Assembly: GCA_026413755.1 (NCBI GenBank)
Contig: JAOAKH010000007.1
Span: forward strand, 1,403-65,402
DNA from: Acidilobaceae archaeon
GTDB taxonomy: Archaea; Thermoproteota; Thermoprotei_A; Sulfolobales; Acidilobaceae
Length of the DNA stretch: 64,000 nt
Direction of reading: 5' to 3'
Shown here piece by piece: positions 1 to 9,666 of this stretch. Made by a program: the position numbers and the translations under genes. Under the pieces are notes generated by a model. It made no database searches and had not been told where the DNA came from. It saw only the letters and a list, made by a program, of their open reading frames with translations. Every line of letters starts with the position of its first letter. The first letter of the stretch is position 1.

Positions 1-456
1 TATGAGAAGGGAGCCCAGCGCGGCGCCGGCAGATACGGCATATAAGGTGGCGCTAACTATGAGCACCTTTCCCAGCGCCCAGAGGAGAAGGAGTGCCGAG
101 GACGCCAGGACTACGAAGGAGCTGCTCAGCCTGAGGGCGATCATGTAGCTGCGGGAAGCCCTCAACAAGTCCTCCACGTTCCTTAGATACTCTGTGCTCC
201 TCTCGAAGAGCTCGAGGGCCCCTGCCGCATTACCCCCCTCCACTAGGCTGAGGGCCCGGGCGCTCACCTCCTTCAGGTGGGATGCAACGTCTAGGCCCAG
301 CGAGGAGCCTAGGGAGTTCAGACCCTCGAGGTAGGAGACTAGCTGGCTCATCCTCTCGTGGACTATCTTCCACCCCTCGTCTCCCTTAGCTCTCTCGTAG
401 GCTATGGCGAGGGCCTTATACATCTCTGGCAACTCGTATAGCACGTCCCTCCCCAC
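1..456 (-). CDS. hypothetical protein, N-terminal part only (the gene runs off the window start); helical region followed by a hydrophobic segment
   Basis: The minus-strand frame is stop-free for 152 codons from position 1 up to the in-frame GTG at 456 (alternatives GTG 444, TTG 432, ATG 423). It is missing from the ORF track because it has no stop in the window. My translation reads ...LPEMYKALAIAYERAKGDEGWKIVHERMSQLVSYLEG...SSFVVLASSALLLLWALG. A TATA-like CTATATAG lies at 492-499. Confidence 0.4.
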   Translation of the reverse strand, partial: MGRDVLYELPEMYKALAIAYERAKGDEGWKIVHERMSQLVSYLEGLNSLGSSLGLDVASHLKEVSARALSLVEGGNAAGALELFERSTEYLRNVEDLLRASRSYMIALRLSSSFVVLASSALLLLWALGKVLIVSATLYAVSAGAALGSLLI

Positions 457-581
457 GCTCTCTCTGGAGCGTGCGCTAATAACTGGACTATCTATATAGC
501 GCTCGTGAGATCTTGCACTCAACTTTTATTAGCCCTAGGGAGTGCAAACAATGGCGTGCCGGGAGGATAGGGTGAAGGAGT

Positions 582-1724
582 TTGAATTTTAGCGAGGCGG
601 TCCAGAAGACGAGGTCCTTCCTCCAGGAGCTTGAGGCCCCCTTCGTGGGGAGGCACGAGGAGGCCCTCGTCATAGTCTTGGCCCTTCTCTCAGGGGAGCA
701 CGCGGTCCTCGTGGGGGAGCCGGGGACTGCGAAGAGCGCTATGGTGAGGAGGGCCGCCAGCCTCCTAAAGGCCAGGTTCTTCAAGTACCTCCTCACCCGC
801 TACACGGAGCCCAGCGAGCTCTTCGGGCCCATAGACATAAGGGCCCTGCAGGCGGGCGTGTATGCGCGCGTAACTAGGGGGAAGCTCTCCGAGGCCGAGA
901 TAGCCTTCCTTGACGAGATATTCAACGCTAGCAGCGCTGTGCTGAACTCGCTGCTCAGCATAATGATGGAGAGGATAGTTTACGACGGCTACACGGAGAT
1001 CAGGACCCCCCTCTGGAGCCTCTTCGGCTCCTCCAACAGGGTTCCCGACGAGCCTGAGCTAGAGGCCCTCTACGACCGCTTCCTGCTTAGGGCATACGTG
1101 CAGCCGCTGGACGCGGAGTATTGGGACAAGCTGCTGGAAGCTACCTGGAAGCTAGAGACGGGCGAAGTAGGAGAGGTCGCGCCGGTGCTCACAATGAAGG
1201 AGCTGGAGGAGCTCCACAAGCATGTAATGAGCGTTAACGTGAGTAACGTGAGGCCTCAGCTGATCAAAATGCTACTCACGTTAGAGGAGAGGGGGCTTCA
1301 TGTGAGCGACAGGAGGAAGGGGAAGATACTGAAGGTCATAGCCGCCCACGCGCTGCTTAACAACAGGAAAGTGGCCACAGAGGACGACCTAGTGGTGCTG
1401 AAGTACACGGTGCCGAAGGCTCTGGAGGACTTTGAGAAAATAGGAGTAATACTCAGCGAGGAGCTGAAGACCAAGGAGAGGGTCCTCAGGGAGCTCCACG
1501 AGATAAGGGCAAACGTGAAAGTGACTGCCTCGAGGGTGCAAAGCGTCCCTCCATACGATCCTCGGCTTGCGGAGTTCTACAAGAGCCTCAGCACCACGAA
1601 GAACAAGGTGCTGAACTACGTGAAGGACTTCGACGAGGACGAGGAGATCAGGAAGTTAACCGACGAGATAATAAGCGAGATAGATGATCTCATGGACCGC
1701 ATAAAGGCAAAGCTCTACATATAG
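582..1724 (+). CDS. MoxR-family AAA+ ATPase
   Basis: Walker A GEPGTAKS and Walker B IAFLDEIFNAS are present. The N-terminus FVGRHEEALVIVLALLSGEHAVLVG is typical of the MoxR/RavA group. A TATA-like TTTTATTA lies at 524-531. The stop codon abuts the start of the VWA gene. Confidence 0.85.
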   Translation: MNFSEAVQKTRSFLQELEAPFVGRHEEALVIVLALLSGEHAVLVGEPGTAKSAMVRRAASLLKARFFKYLLTRYTEPSELFGPIDIRALQAGVYARVTRGKLSEAEIAFLDEIFNASSAVLNSLLSIMMERIVYDGYTEIRTPLWSLFGSSNRVPDEPELEALYDRFLLRAYVQPLDAEYWDKLLEATWKLETGEVGEVAPVLTMKELEELHKHVMSVNVSNVRPQLIKMLLTLEERGLHVSDRRKGKILKVIAAHALLNNRKVATEDDLVVLKYTVPKALEDFEKIGVILSEELKTKERVLRELHEIRANVKVTASRVQSVPPYDPRLAEFYKSLSTTKNKVLNYVKDFDEDEEIRKLTDEIISEIDDLMDRIKAKLYI

Positions 1725-3002
1725 GTGAAGCGCTTGGAGAGGAAAGAGAGCGTCATAGAGGGCGTGGGCGTAATAGACGAGGTGAGGGAGTACAGGGGCA
1801 GGAAGATCTTAGATCTTGCGCGGAAGCTCTCAGACGAGCGCCTTCCAGATAGCTTCACGCCAGAGCTGGCCGTTGACGTTTTCTACGCCTTCAAGCTTCC
1901 GCTTCCTTTCGTGAAGGAGAGAGGAGGGGAGCCTTTTAGGAGGAACCTTATAGCTAGGACGCTTGCCAGCCCTAATATCTGGAAGGTGAAGCCATACACC
2001 GTGGCAGACAGCCTGACGAGCACTGTGGCGGCTGCCTCTCTGCTAGAGAAGCTCGCCAAGACCCTGAGCGTCGACGTCCCTCGCGGGGCCTCCGCCGGCT
2101 CCCGCTCCCAGGCTCAGAGGGAGATAACGGAGGAGCAGATAGCTCAAGCGCTAGAGCAAGTGGCGACTGAGGCAAAGACGGCTAAGGACATGAAGAGGCT
2201 CTTCACAGGCCTCAGCGCCGGCGCGGGCTCGTCGCTCTCCTTCGACGAGAGCATGGAGGACATATTGAAGCTCGTGAGGGAGACCGACATATCGAAGGTG
2301 CTGGAGAAGCTAGAGGGCATCAAGATGCCCGCGCCTCGGGGAAAGCACGAGAGGTCCACCATGGGGTGGATAGAGGGGATAGAGCTGGGCAGCGACCTCG
2401 AGAGAGTCTACCCCTCGCAGCTAGCTCTTCCCCGGCTCTACTTCTACACCCTCTTTGCAGACTCTCAGCTGCTTCTCTACCGCAAAGTGGTGTCCCACTC
2501 AAAGGGCCCAATATACGTGCTCCTCGACAAGAGTGGCAGCATGGTAGGGAGCAAGATAGACTGGGCTAGGGCAGTAGCCTTGGCTCTCCTGAAGAGGACA
2601 GCAGCAGAGGGGAGGGGGTTCTATGCGAGGTTCTTCGACTCCGTAGCTTATCCTCCCGTCAGCCTAGGGCCTAACTTCCGGCCTGCGCAGCTGACAAGGC
2701 TGTTGAGCTACTTGGGCAGAGTTAAGGCCAGCGGCGGGACAGATATAGCTAAGGCCATAAGCTCTGCATGTGCAGACATAATTAAGGAGAAGGGCAAGGT
2801 GAGCGACATAGTGCTCATCTCCGACGGGGAGGACAGAATAGTCCCTGAGCTCGTCGCAAAGGAGCTAAAGAAAGCTAACGCAAGGCTCCACACCGTCATG
2901 ATCCATGGTCAAAACAACTACCTGAAGCAGATCTCGGTGAGGTATATGACAGTCAAGAAGCTGGAGGCAAAGGAGATCCTCAAGGTCGTGGACTTTGAGT
3001 GA
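1725..3002 (+). CDS. VWA (von Willebrand factor A) domain protein, MoxR partner
   Basis: The C-terminal VWA domain has a complete MIDAS signature: VLLDKSGSM, GGTDIAKA, ISDGED. The GTG start directly follows the MoxR TAG stop. The N-terminal ~250 aa have no domain I recognise. Confidence 0.85.
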   Translation: MKRLERKESVIEGVGVIDEVREYRGRKILDLARKLSDERLPDSFTPELAVDVFYAFKLPLPFVKERGGEPFRRNLIARTLASPNIWKVKPYTVADSLTSTVAAASLLEKLAKTLSVDVPRGASAGSRSQAQREITEEQIAQALEQVATEAKTAKDMKRLFTGLSAGAGSSLSFDESMEDILKLVRETDISKVLEKLEGIKMPAPRGKHERSTMGWIEGIELGSDLERVYPSQLALPRLYFYTLFADSQLLLYRKVVSHSKGPIYVLLDKSGSMVGSKIDWARAVALALLKRTAAEGRGFYARFFDSVAYPPVSLGPNFRPAQLTRLLSYLGRVKASGGTDIAKAISSACADIIKEKGKVSDIVLISDGEDRIVPELVAKELKKANARLHTVMIHGQNNYLKQISVRYMTVKKLEAKEILKVVDFE

Positions 3003-4188
3003 GCTCCGCTAGCTGCCTCAGCACGTACTCCCTTATTTCTTGCAGGGACGGCAGAGGCCTCACTAGCTCGCCCCTGTCTAAGTACTTCACCAGCAGCGGC
3101 TCTGCCTCCCTCCCGTCCTTGCAGCTGGGCCTCTCGGAGCCGTCGAAGGGCGCTAGGTACTCCTCGTTGACGCTGCAGCGGTAGACCTGGAGCGCGAGGG
3201 GTATCTTCCCCCTCTTTGCCCTCGGCTCCCAGCCCTTCTCTCCCTTCACTTCCACGATGTCAGCGCTTATGTCAACGCTGGGGGCAGAGGCTATTGAGGT
3301 GCCCACGCCGAATATATCTGCCACGTCCCTAAGCTCCTCCACCTCCTGCTCGTCCAGCCCCCCGCTAACTACTATCTTTACATGGTCGTACCCCTTCCTC
3401 CTCAGCGCCCACCTAACCTCCTCTACTATGTCCCTCATCCTCCCCCGCCTGCTCCCCGGCGTGTCTAGCCTTACGCCGTAGAGCTCCTTCCCTAGGAGCT
3501 CAGCTGCCATAAGGGACTCCACCCTCTCGTCGAGGAAAGTGTCGGCTAGAGCTATGACGGGGGTCTCGTGGGAGAAGGTCTCTGCGAAGGCCTTCCAGGC
3601 CTTCCTCTGGTCGCCGAAGACCACAATGAGCGCGTGGGGCATTGTCCCCCTCGGCTTCAGCCCTAGGTACTTTTCTGACAGCATGCCGCTCACCGCGTCC
3701 ACTCCCCCTATGTAGGCTGCCCTGTCGGCAGAAACGTAGACTGCGGGGTGGAGGGCCCTTAGGCCGAAGAAGAGGACCTGCTTGTTGCCGACCTTTGCCT
3801 TTATCCTGGCAGCCTTTGTTGCTATGCTGCTGGCAAACCTCAGGAGCCCTAAGTAGGCTGTCTCGAGGAGGGCCATGTCACTGAAGCGGCCTTCTATGAG
3901 CATGAGCGGGTACTTCCTCCTGAAAACGGTGCCCTCCGGCATGGCATACACGTTAAGGGGCCTCCCTTTCAGGAGAGCTAGGGCCTCCTCGAGGCCTGCA
4001 AACACTGCCCACTCGTAGCCCTTCGGCAGGGAATAGCTGTGGACCTGCATCCTCACCTCAACGTCGGCATAGCCGTACTTCTCGACCAGGATCTTCGTCC
4101 TGTAGAAGTAAATGTCCGTAGCTTCTCCTCTCAGCACCTCCTCGGGGCTCACTATGTAAAACCTTGGCTCCCTCATTCCCCCTCCCAC
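2980..4188 (-). CDS. nicotinate phosphoribosyltransferase (archaeal type)
   Basis: Length ~400 aa. The N-terminus EEVLRGEATDIYFYRTKILVEKYG and the central GLRALHPAV...GTMPHALI region resemble archaeal NAPRTases. The start may be the internal M (MREPRF) at 4176. The 3' end converges on and overlaps the VWA gene by 23 nt. Confidence 0.7.
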   Translation of the reverse strand: MGGGMREPRFYIVSPEEVLRGEATDIYFYRTKILVEKYGYADVEVRMQVHSYSLPKGYEWAVFAGLEEALALLKGRPLNVYAMPEGTVFRRKYPLMLIEGRFSDMALLETAYLGLLRFASSIATKAARIKAKVGNKQVLFFGLRALHPAVYVSADRAAYIGGVDAVSGMLSEKYLGLKPRGTMPHALIVVFGDQRKAWKAFAETFSHETPVIALADTFLDERVESLMAAELLGKELYGVRLDTPGSRRGRMRDIVEEVRWALRRKGYDHVKIVVSGGLDEQEVEELRDVADIFGVGTSIASAPSVDISADIVEVKGEKGWEPRAKRGKIPLALQVYRCSVNEEYLAPFDGSERPSCKDGREAEPLLVKYLDRGELVRPLPSLQEIREYVLRQLAELTQSPRP

Positions 4189-4271
4189 TTATCCCCCAGC
4201 TGAGAACCTATAATTCGCTCCCTGCGAAAAATTTAATAGTCTCTTGCTGACACGCACACTTGGTGCTGTGC

Positions 4272-4475
4272 ATGAAGCCTGCAGAGGTGAAGGTGAAGAT
4301 AAGGAGGAAGACCCCCACCGCCACAACGCTGATCAGGAAAATTGCAGACGAGCTCAAGAAGGCAGGCTACAAGAGGGTCTACCTGGAGCCAGTTGAGGGA
4401 TCCAACGAGGTAAAAGTGGTCCTTGAGCTCTCCGGCCAGGCGCAGGCGAAGGAGATGAAAGTCTACGCCCTCTAG
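4272..4475 (+). CDS. small hypothetical protein (67 aa)
   Basis: ATG at 4272 lies inside the track ORF 4260-4475. An AT-rich promoter-like stretch AAAAATTTAATAG lies upstream. No family recognised. Confidence 0.3.
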   Translation: MKPAEVKVKIRRKTPTATTLIRKIADELKKAGYKRVYLEPVEGSNEVKVVLELSGQAQAKEMKVYAL

Positions 4476-5386
4476 GGAGGCCTAAGGGCCAGCGCCAGAG
4501 CGCCATATAGGACGGCGTCGTGGCCGAAGGTGGCGCGAAGAAGAGGCGGCACCCCTAATATGCTATATTTTCTTGCATGCCTTTCTATCCCATCCCTCAT
4601 GAGATCCTCGTGATGGAGGTATATGCTGCCGCCGAGGAATATGGCCTCTGGGTCGTAGACTGCGACCAGGCTCGCTATCCCTGCCCCGTGAACGGCGTTA
4701 AGGTAGTCGACGAGCCTCAGCGAGAAGCTGTCCCCCTCTCTTGCAAGCGCGTACAGCAGCTCCGGCGTCATCTCCCCCCTCAGCGCAGCTTGCGCTCCTG
4801 CAGACGAGATCCCCCACTCCTTTGCCTTCTTCTGCGCAAGCCTAGGTATGTTAGCCCCTCCCCCCAGCGCCTCCCAGTGGCCGTAGCCGCCGCAGCCGCA
4901 CTGGAGGTCGCTGGCAAGATCTATAACGATGTGGCCTCCCTCGTGGGCGTTCCCCCTTCGCCCCAGCGCCAGCTTCCCATCCACAACGGCCCCCACCCCT
5001 ATGCCAGTGCTTATGGTGACGTATACCAAGTCCCTCATCCCCCTCCCGCCCCCCAGCACGTGCTCCCCCCAGGCCGCTGCCACGCAGTCGTTGTACAGCA
5101 GGACGGGGACGCCGAAGGCCTTCTCCAGCGGCTCCCTTATGGCGAACTTGCCTATGGGGCTGTTTGGGGCAGCAATGACCCAGCCAGACTGCATGTCAAG
5201 AGGGCCCATGGAGGCCACGCTAATGACCTCAAAGCTCCCCTCCGCGAGCTTCGCTATGGCCTCAGCTACAGCATAAGGCCCCCCGGCCCTAGGCGTGGGG
5301 ACCTCCTTCCTGTAGAGCATCTTGGTGCCCTCAAAGAGGGCCACCCTTACCTTCGTGCCGCCCACGTCTGCAGCCAGGACCCTCAC
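4472..5386 (-). CDS. ROK-family sugar kinase (glucokinase-like)
   Basis: N-terminal ATP motif VLAADVGGTKVRVA. ROK zinc motif HIVIDLASDLQCGCGGYGHWEALGGG. The GTG start overlaps the upstream gene's stop as GTGA. Confidence 0.8.
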   Translation of the reverse strand: MRVLAADVGGTKVRVALFEGTKMLYRKEVPTPRAGGPYAVAEAIAKLAEGSFEVISVASMGPLDMQSGWVIAAPNSPIGKFAIREPLEKAFGVPVLLYNDCVAAAWGEHVLGGGRGMRDLVYVTISTGIGVGAVVDGKLALGRRGNAHEGGHIVIDLASDLQCGCGGYGHWEALGGGANIPRLAQKKAKEWGISSAGAQAALRGEMTPELLYALAREGDSFSLRLVDYLNAVHGAGIASLVAVYDPEAIFLGGSIYLHHEDLMRDGIERHARKYSILGVPPLLRATFGHDAVLYGALALALRPP

Positions 5387-5733
5387 GAGCTACCCCTCCT
5401 GAGCGAGGAGAGCAAGTATGCGGCAGCGCCAGTGCCGAGAGAGTAGTACAGGAGCGGCAGCGCCACTCCTGCAGCCCCGAGCAGCTCGAGGTGAACCCTG
5501 ATCCCCAGCTCTCCGCCGCCGGAGAGCAGGTAAGCTATGAGGTAGCCTGCCAGCCCCGCCTCGAGCCCCAGGAGGAAGGAGCTGCGGGGAGAAGCGCGGC
5601 TGGCCCCCAGGAGGCCTCCGGAGAGGAGCACAGCTACAGGAGGCCCCCAGGGGGGCGGGAGGAGGTAGAGGGCTGCAGCTATGAGGAGGGCAGAGAGGAG
5701 CACCCTGAGCCTCTCAGCGACGAACCCCCACAA
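5383..5733 (-). CDS. small integral membrane protein
   Basis: Three to four hydrophobic helices. The stop overlaps the ROK kinase start (GTGA), which suggests co-translation. Confidence 0.5.
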   Translation of the reverse strand: MWGFVAERLRVLLSALLIAAALYLLPPPWGPPVAVLLSGGLLGASRASPRSSFLLGLEAGLAGYLIAYLLSGGGELGIRVHLELLGAAGVALPLLYYSLGTGAAAYLLSSLRRGSS

Positions 5734-5809
5734 GCGCTTCTCCTATGCTAAGGAGGGACAAAAAAGTAGCTATATACCTTACCAGAGCTGTGGGAACAGC
5801 TAAGGAGAG

Positions 5810-6127
5810 CTATAGAATAGCGTTAAGAATGATTAGGATTAGGGTGCTGACGATAATAGCTCCTGTTGCAAAGGCTAATTTCTTAAGAGCGGATTTGGTC
5901 ATTCTGCCTCTCGATATGCCTCTCAATATCAAATGCGCTGCATAAACGCCAGCAAGGAAGAGGATAATGTATGACGCTACGCCAAGAATCGTGGCAAAAT
6001 CTCTTAGGGCACTGTAGATTGGCACAAAGCCTCTGTCCCCAATGAGCAGGATGAATAGCACGGCAAATATGGCGATGGCCACGAACACTACCTTCTTGCC
6101 AAGGACACTTTCTCGTCGCCTATACAC
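5810..6127 (-). CDS. small integral membrane protein (3 predicted TM) in a low-GC patch
   Basis: Hydrophobic segments VVFVAIAIFAVLFILLI, ILGVASYIILFLAGVYAA and FATGAIIVSTLILIIL. The local GC is clearly below the window average. Confidence 0.45.
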   Translation of the reverse strand: MYRRRESVLGKKVVFVAIAIFAVLFILLIGDRGFVPIYSALRDFATILGVASYIILFLAGVYAAHLILRGISRGRMTKSALKKLAFATGAIIVSTLILIILNAIL

Positions 6128-6331
6128 AAAAAAGGGGAAAAACCAGGGCTTTTATTTTAGCGTTTGAGCCCTTGGGAGCAGCGAAAGTCGTAGCTTCTAT
6201 GTTGGCAAAAGCAGAAGGAAGGTATACCCAGAGCACGAGCTAGCGCCATCTCCAGAGCTGGAGAGGGCGGCGAGGGTGAGGCCTGAGGGGAGCAGTAAGA
6301 GATAATTTTTCTCCCTAGCTGTTATAGGGAG

Positions 6332-8737
6332 ATGCAGGTGCCGCCTCCCCTATTCCGGGCCCTCGCTGCCGTCGCGACGTTGGCAATAGTCTTCGCTCCT
6401 CTCCTGAACCCCTTGCTCCCGCTGCTCCTCGACCCCTTCCACGGCCTTGCCGGCTCCGGGCAGACGGGCTTGCCCTCGGGCTCGTTGAGGACGCCTGCAG
6501 GGGAGGCGAGGATAGAGTGGGACTCCGCAGGCGTGCCCACGGTTAGCGGGGACTCCGAGGAGGCAGTGGCGTTTGCCTTCGGCTACCTTGCCGCCTCCCT
6601 CAGGCTCTTCCAGGCAGACTTGCTGAGAAGGCTCCCTCAGGGGAGGCTGGCAGAGCTCGTAGGGGAGCAAGCCATAGAGAGCGACAAGCTCATGAGGACT
6701 TTAGGAATGCATATAGCGGCAGAGGAGTCCTGGCGGAAGCTAAAGGCTTCGGCGGAGGGGCAGAGGGCAGCGAAGCTCATTGAGCTGTACGTGCAGGGCT
6801 TCAACGATTACATGTCTCGGCTCTCCCTTCGGGACCTGCCGCCGGAGTACAGGCTGTTGGGTCAGAGGCCGGAGCCCTGGAGGCCCGAGGACGTCATGGC
6901 CATCTCGAAGCTCTTCACCATGATGCTCGCCTGGGACACAGACGACCTCGTGCTCAACGAGCTCGTGAGGAGGTGGGGGGTGAGGGTAATAGCTGATCTA
7001 GACATAGTAGAGCGCAGGAGGGCCACGCCGCAGGGCTTCTGCGCCTACGCAAAGCGATGGCCTAGCAACCTAAGCCTCGCCGAGGGCAGCTACGCCCCTC
7101 TCAGCTCCCGCCAGGTGCTAGAGTACCTCGAGGCAGCCTCCTACCCCCTCAGGGCCATTACGCCGGCAGCCCTCTCTAACAGCTGGGCCATAAGCCGCGA
7201 GCTGAGCGAGGGGGGAGCCCCCCTTCTCGCTAACGATCCGCACCTCGCCCTCACCGCTCCCAGCCTCTGGTTCCTCGTGAAGCTCAAGGCGCCAGGGCTC
7301 AGCGTGGCTGGAGTAACCGTGGCGGGCTCCCCTATAGTTGTCATAGGGATGAACAGGGACGTAGCTTGGTCCTTCACAAGCCTTGTGGGGGACTCGGTGG
7401 ACTTCTACTACTATGTGTGGAGGGGGGAAGAGTACTTCTACAAGGGAGCTTGGCTAAAGCCGAAGAAGAGGGATGAGGCGATCAAGGTCTGGGATCCGAG
7501 GAGGAGGGCCTTCAGTCTCGTTAACCTCACCGTCCTCGAGACTGTCCACGGTCCTGTGATAGAGAGAGGAGGGGAGAAGTTTGCCGTAGCATTTACGGGC
7601 AGGGAGCCCAGCCTCGAGGTCCTCTTCCTCTGGGAGCTCTCGAGGGCCAGGAGCGTTAGGGAGGCGCTGCTCGCTCAGAGGCACTTCGTTGCCCCCGTGC
7701 AGAACTTCCTCGTGGTGGACAGAGAGGGCAACATAGCTTACTCTCCTACCGGCGCCTTCCCGCTGAGGAGGAACGTGCCGGTGCTGGCGGAGGGGGAGCT
7801 CAGGGTAGTTAACGCCGGCCTCTTGCCCTTTAACGGCAGCAGGGGGGAGGGCGAGTGGGCTGGCTACGTAAGGTACACAGAGCTCCCCATAATGCTCAAC
7901 CCGCCCCTTCCATACGTTGTTACTGCCAACACGAAGCCGTGGGACGGAGCATGCGGAATCCACGCCGGCTGGGGTTGGGCTGACAGGTTCAGACAGGACA
8001 GGATCCTGCAGCTGCTAGAGGAGGCCGCGAGGGACGGGAAGGTAAGCATAGAGGAGGTCATGAGGGCGCAGGTGGACGAGAGCGTGGACTTGAGCATTTC
8101 CCGCTACCTGTCCCTCCTCCTCAGGCTTAGGCCAGAGCAGGAGCTCTCCCGCTGGCTTCAGGAGGGCAGCAGGACCTTGCCGGAGCTGCGCGAGCCTGCC
8201 CTCGCGCTCGCCTGGACTGCCCTCTTCCACGAGGCCCTTTGGGCTAGGCTGGGGAGCCCAGGGCCCCTCATGTTCTTCAGGATAGAGTACGCCGAGGCCC
8301 TCCTCGAGCTGTACCTTGCCGGAGACCCTAGGGCCCACCGCTACCTGCCGCCCGGAGAAGGGGAGAGGCTTGCGGAGGAAACGCTGGCTAGAGCAAGGGA
8401 GCTGCTCGAGAAGTACTTCAGCGGTAGGCAGCAGAAGTACGGGGACTTCCACTACTTCGAGCCGAGGCACATAGCCATTAGGGCCTTTGATTTCCCGAGG
8501 GTCCCTGCGGGAGGAGGCCCTTACAGCGTTAGCCCCTCCTTCCCCGCGGAAGTGGGGGAGAGAGGGGCTCCCGCAAGGAGCGGTGCGAGCGTGAGGCTCA
8601 TAGCTGACCTCGCGGCCGGCAGGCTATATGCAGCGCTGCCAGGCGGTCCCCACGGCAATCCCTACAGCCCCCTGTACTACAACCACTACGAAGGTTACTG
8701 GAGCAGAGGCCGCTACCACGTTATAAGCGTGGATTAG
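6332..8737 (+). CDS. penicillin acylase family protein (Ntn hydrolase, peptidase S45)
   Basis: Signal-like N-terminus. Autoprocessing/nucleophile motif LSNSWAIS followed by PLLANDPHL. The ~800 aa size is typical of the family. Confidence 0.85.
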   Translation: MQVPPPLFRALAAVATLAIVFAPLLNPLLPLLLDPFHGLAGSGQTGLPSGSLRTPAGEARIEWDSAGVPTVSGDSEEAVAFAFGYLAASLRLFQADLLRRLPQGRLAELVGEQAIESDKLMRTLGMHIAAEESWRKLKASAEGQRAAKLIELYVQGFNDYMSRLSLRDLPPEYRLLGQRPEPWRPEDVMAISKLFTMMLAWDTDDLVLNELVRRWGVRVIADLDIVERRRATPQGFCAYAKRWPSNLSLAEGSYAPLSSRQVLEYLEAASYPLRAITPAALSNSWAISRELSEGGAPLLANDPHLALTAPSLWFLVKLKAPGLSVAGVTVAGSPIVVIGMNRDVAWSFTSLVGDSVDFYYYVWRGEEYFYKGAWLKPKKRDEAIKVWDPRRRAFSLVNLTVLETVHGPVIERGGEKFAVAFTGREPSLEVLFLWELSRARSVREALLAQRHFVAPVQNFLVVDREGNIAYSPTGAFPLRRNVPVLAEGELRVVNAGLLPFNGSRGEGEWAGYVRYTELPIMLNPPLPYVVTANTKPWDGACGIHAGWGWADRFRQDRILQLLEEAARDGKVSIEEVMRAQVDESVDLSISRYLSLLLRLRPEQELSRWLQEGSRTLPELREPALALAWTALFHEALWARLGSPGPLMFFRIEYAEALLELYLAGDPRAHRYLPPGEGERLAEETLARARELLEKYFSGRQQKYGDFHYFEPRHIAIRAFDFPRVPAGGGPYSVSPSFPAEVGERGAPARSGASVRLIADLAAGRLYAALPGGPHGNPYSPLYYNHYEGYWSRGRYHVISVD

Positions 8738-8813
8738 CGTTTTTCCATCGAGCTATAATTTGACTTTAATGTATATTCTACGCCCTTCTATCGTAATTAC
8801 CGGGGAGGGGTCT

Positions 8814-9224
8814 ATGAGCCGCGCCGTAGCGACGGCCCTAGTAGTGGGGATAACGCTAGCGTTAGGCGGGGCCGTCGCGGCGTGGCTGACGGGCTTCTGG
8901 GACGAGGAGACAGAGACGGAGCTCCTCCAGCTCCTCCCCGGCGCCGAGCTGGAGGTAAGGAACGGGGAGGTGAGGCTCTTCCTTGCCATAAAGAACGAAG
9001 GCACGGCTAGCTCCCGCATAGTGAGGATCTACGTGGAGAGAGTGGGGGAGGCGCAGCTGCCCGGAGACGTAGTGATCCCGGCAGGACGTATGTGGCGCTC
9101 GCCTGTAGAGGGCCTTAGGCTGCAGCTGTACCAAGGGGCGCAGGTGATGCCAGGAGAGCTATATCTAGTGAAGGTGGTCACGGAGAGGGGAGCAACATAT
9201 CACACTGTGGCGCGCGCTCGTTAA
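8814..9224 (+). CDS. type IV pilin-like protein (divergent paralogue P1)
   Basis: ATG at 8814 is preceded by GGGGAGGGG. N-terminus MSRAVATALVVGITLALGGAVAAW. The C-terminus GELYLVKVVTERGATYHTV is homologous to P2-P4. Confidence 0.65.
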   Translation: MSRAVATALVVGITLALGGAVAAWLTGFWDEETETELLQLLPGAELEVRNGEVRLFLAIKNEGTASSRIVRIYVERVGEAQLPGDVVIPAGRMWRSPVEGLRLQLYQGAQVMPGELYLVKVVTERGATYHTVARAR

Positions 9225-9243
9225 GTTTAACGGGGGAGGCAGG

Positions 9244-9651
9244 TTGAGGAGAGCCATAAGCCCCATGATAGCCACCTACTTCCTCGTCCTCGTTGCCGTT
9301 GTGGCAGGCGCTGCAGCTTTCGCTTGGGTCTTCGGGATCTGGGGGAACCTCGGAGCAACGGAGACCTTGAGGATATACCCGAACGCCAGCCTCTATAACG
9401 TAGAGGGCTCTGTGCACCTCTCTCTGCTAGTGAAAAACACCGGCACGAGGGATATCGTGGTAATGAGCATAGAGATAGAGGGGGTGGGCACATGCGTCTC
9501 TCACGAGAAGATGATTAGGATAGAGGAGGGCATCAGGAAGATCTCCTGCAGAGTGGCGCGAGGCGCCGTGAAGCCGGGCACCCTCTATCTCATTAAGCTA
9601 AGGACCGAGGGCGGCAGCACATTCCAATTCATTGTCAGGGCGAGCGACTAG
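9244..9651 (+). CDS. archaeal type IV pilin (class III signal peptide), paralogue P2
   Basis: N-terminus MRRAISPMIATYFLVLVAVVAGAAAFAW, then the RIYPNASL...VKNTGTRD beta-domain pattern of the archaeal pilin N-terminal (DUF1628-type) family. A GGGGGAGG Shine-Dalgarno-like motif lies upstream. Confidence 0.8.
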   Translation: MRRAISPMIATYFLVLVAVVAGAAAFAWVFGIWGNLGATETLRIYPNASLYNVEGSVHLSLLVKNTGTRDIVVMSIEIEGVGTCVSHEKMIRIEEGIRKISCRVARGAVKPGTLYLIKLRTEGGSTFQFIVRASD

Positions 9652-9666
9652 CAATGTCTTTTTAAG

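Noticed and set aside
4577-5446. 289-aa plus-strand ORF.
   Set aside because: It is fully antisense to the well-supported ROK kinase gene. The composition is Pro/Arg-rich and no motif is present, so this is a GC-driven shadow ORF.
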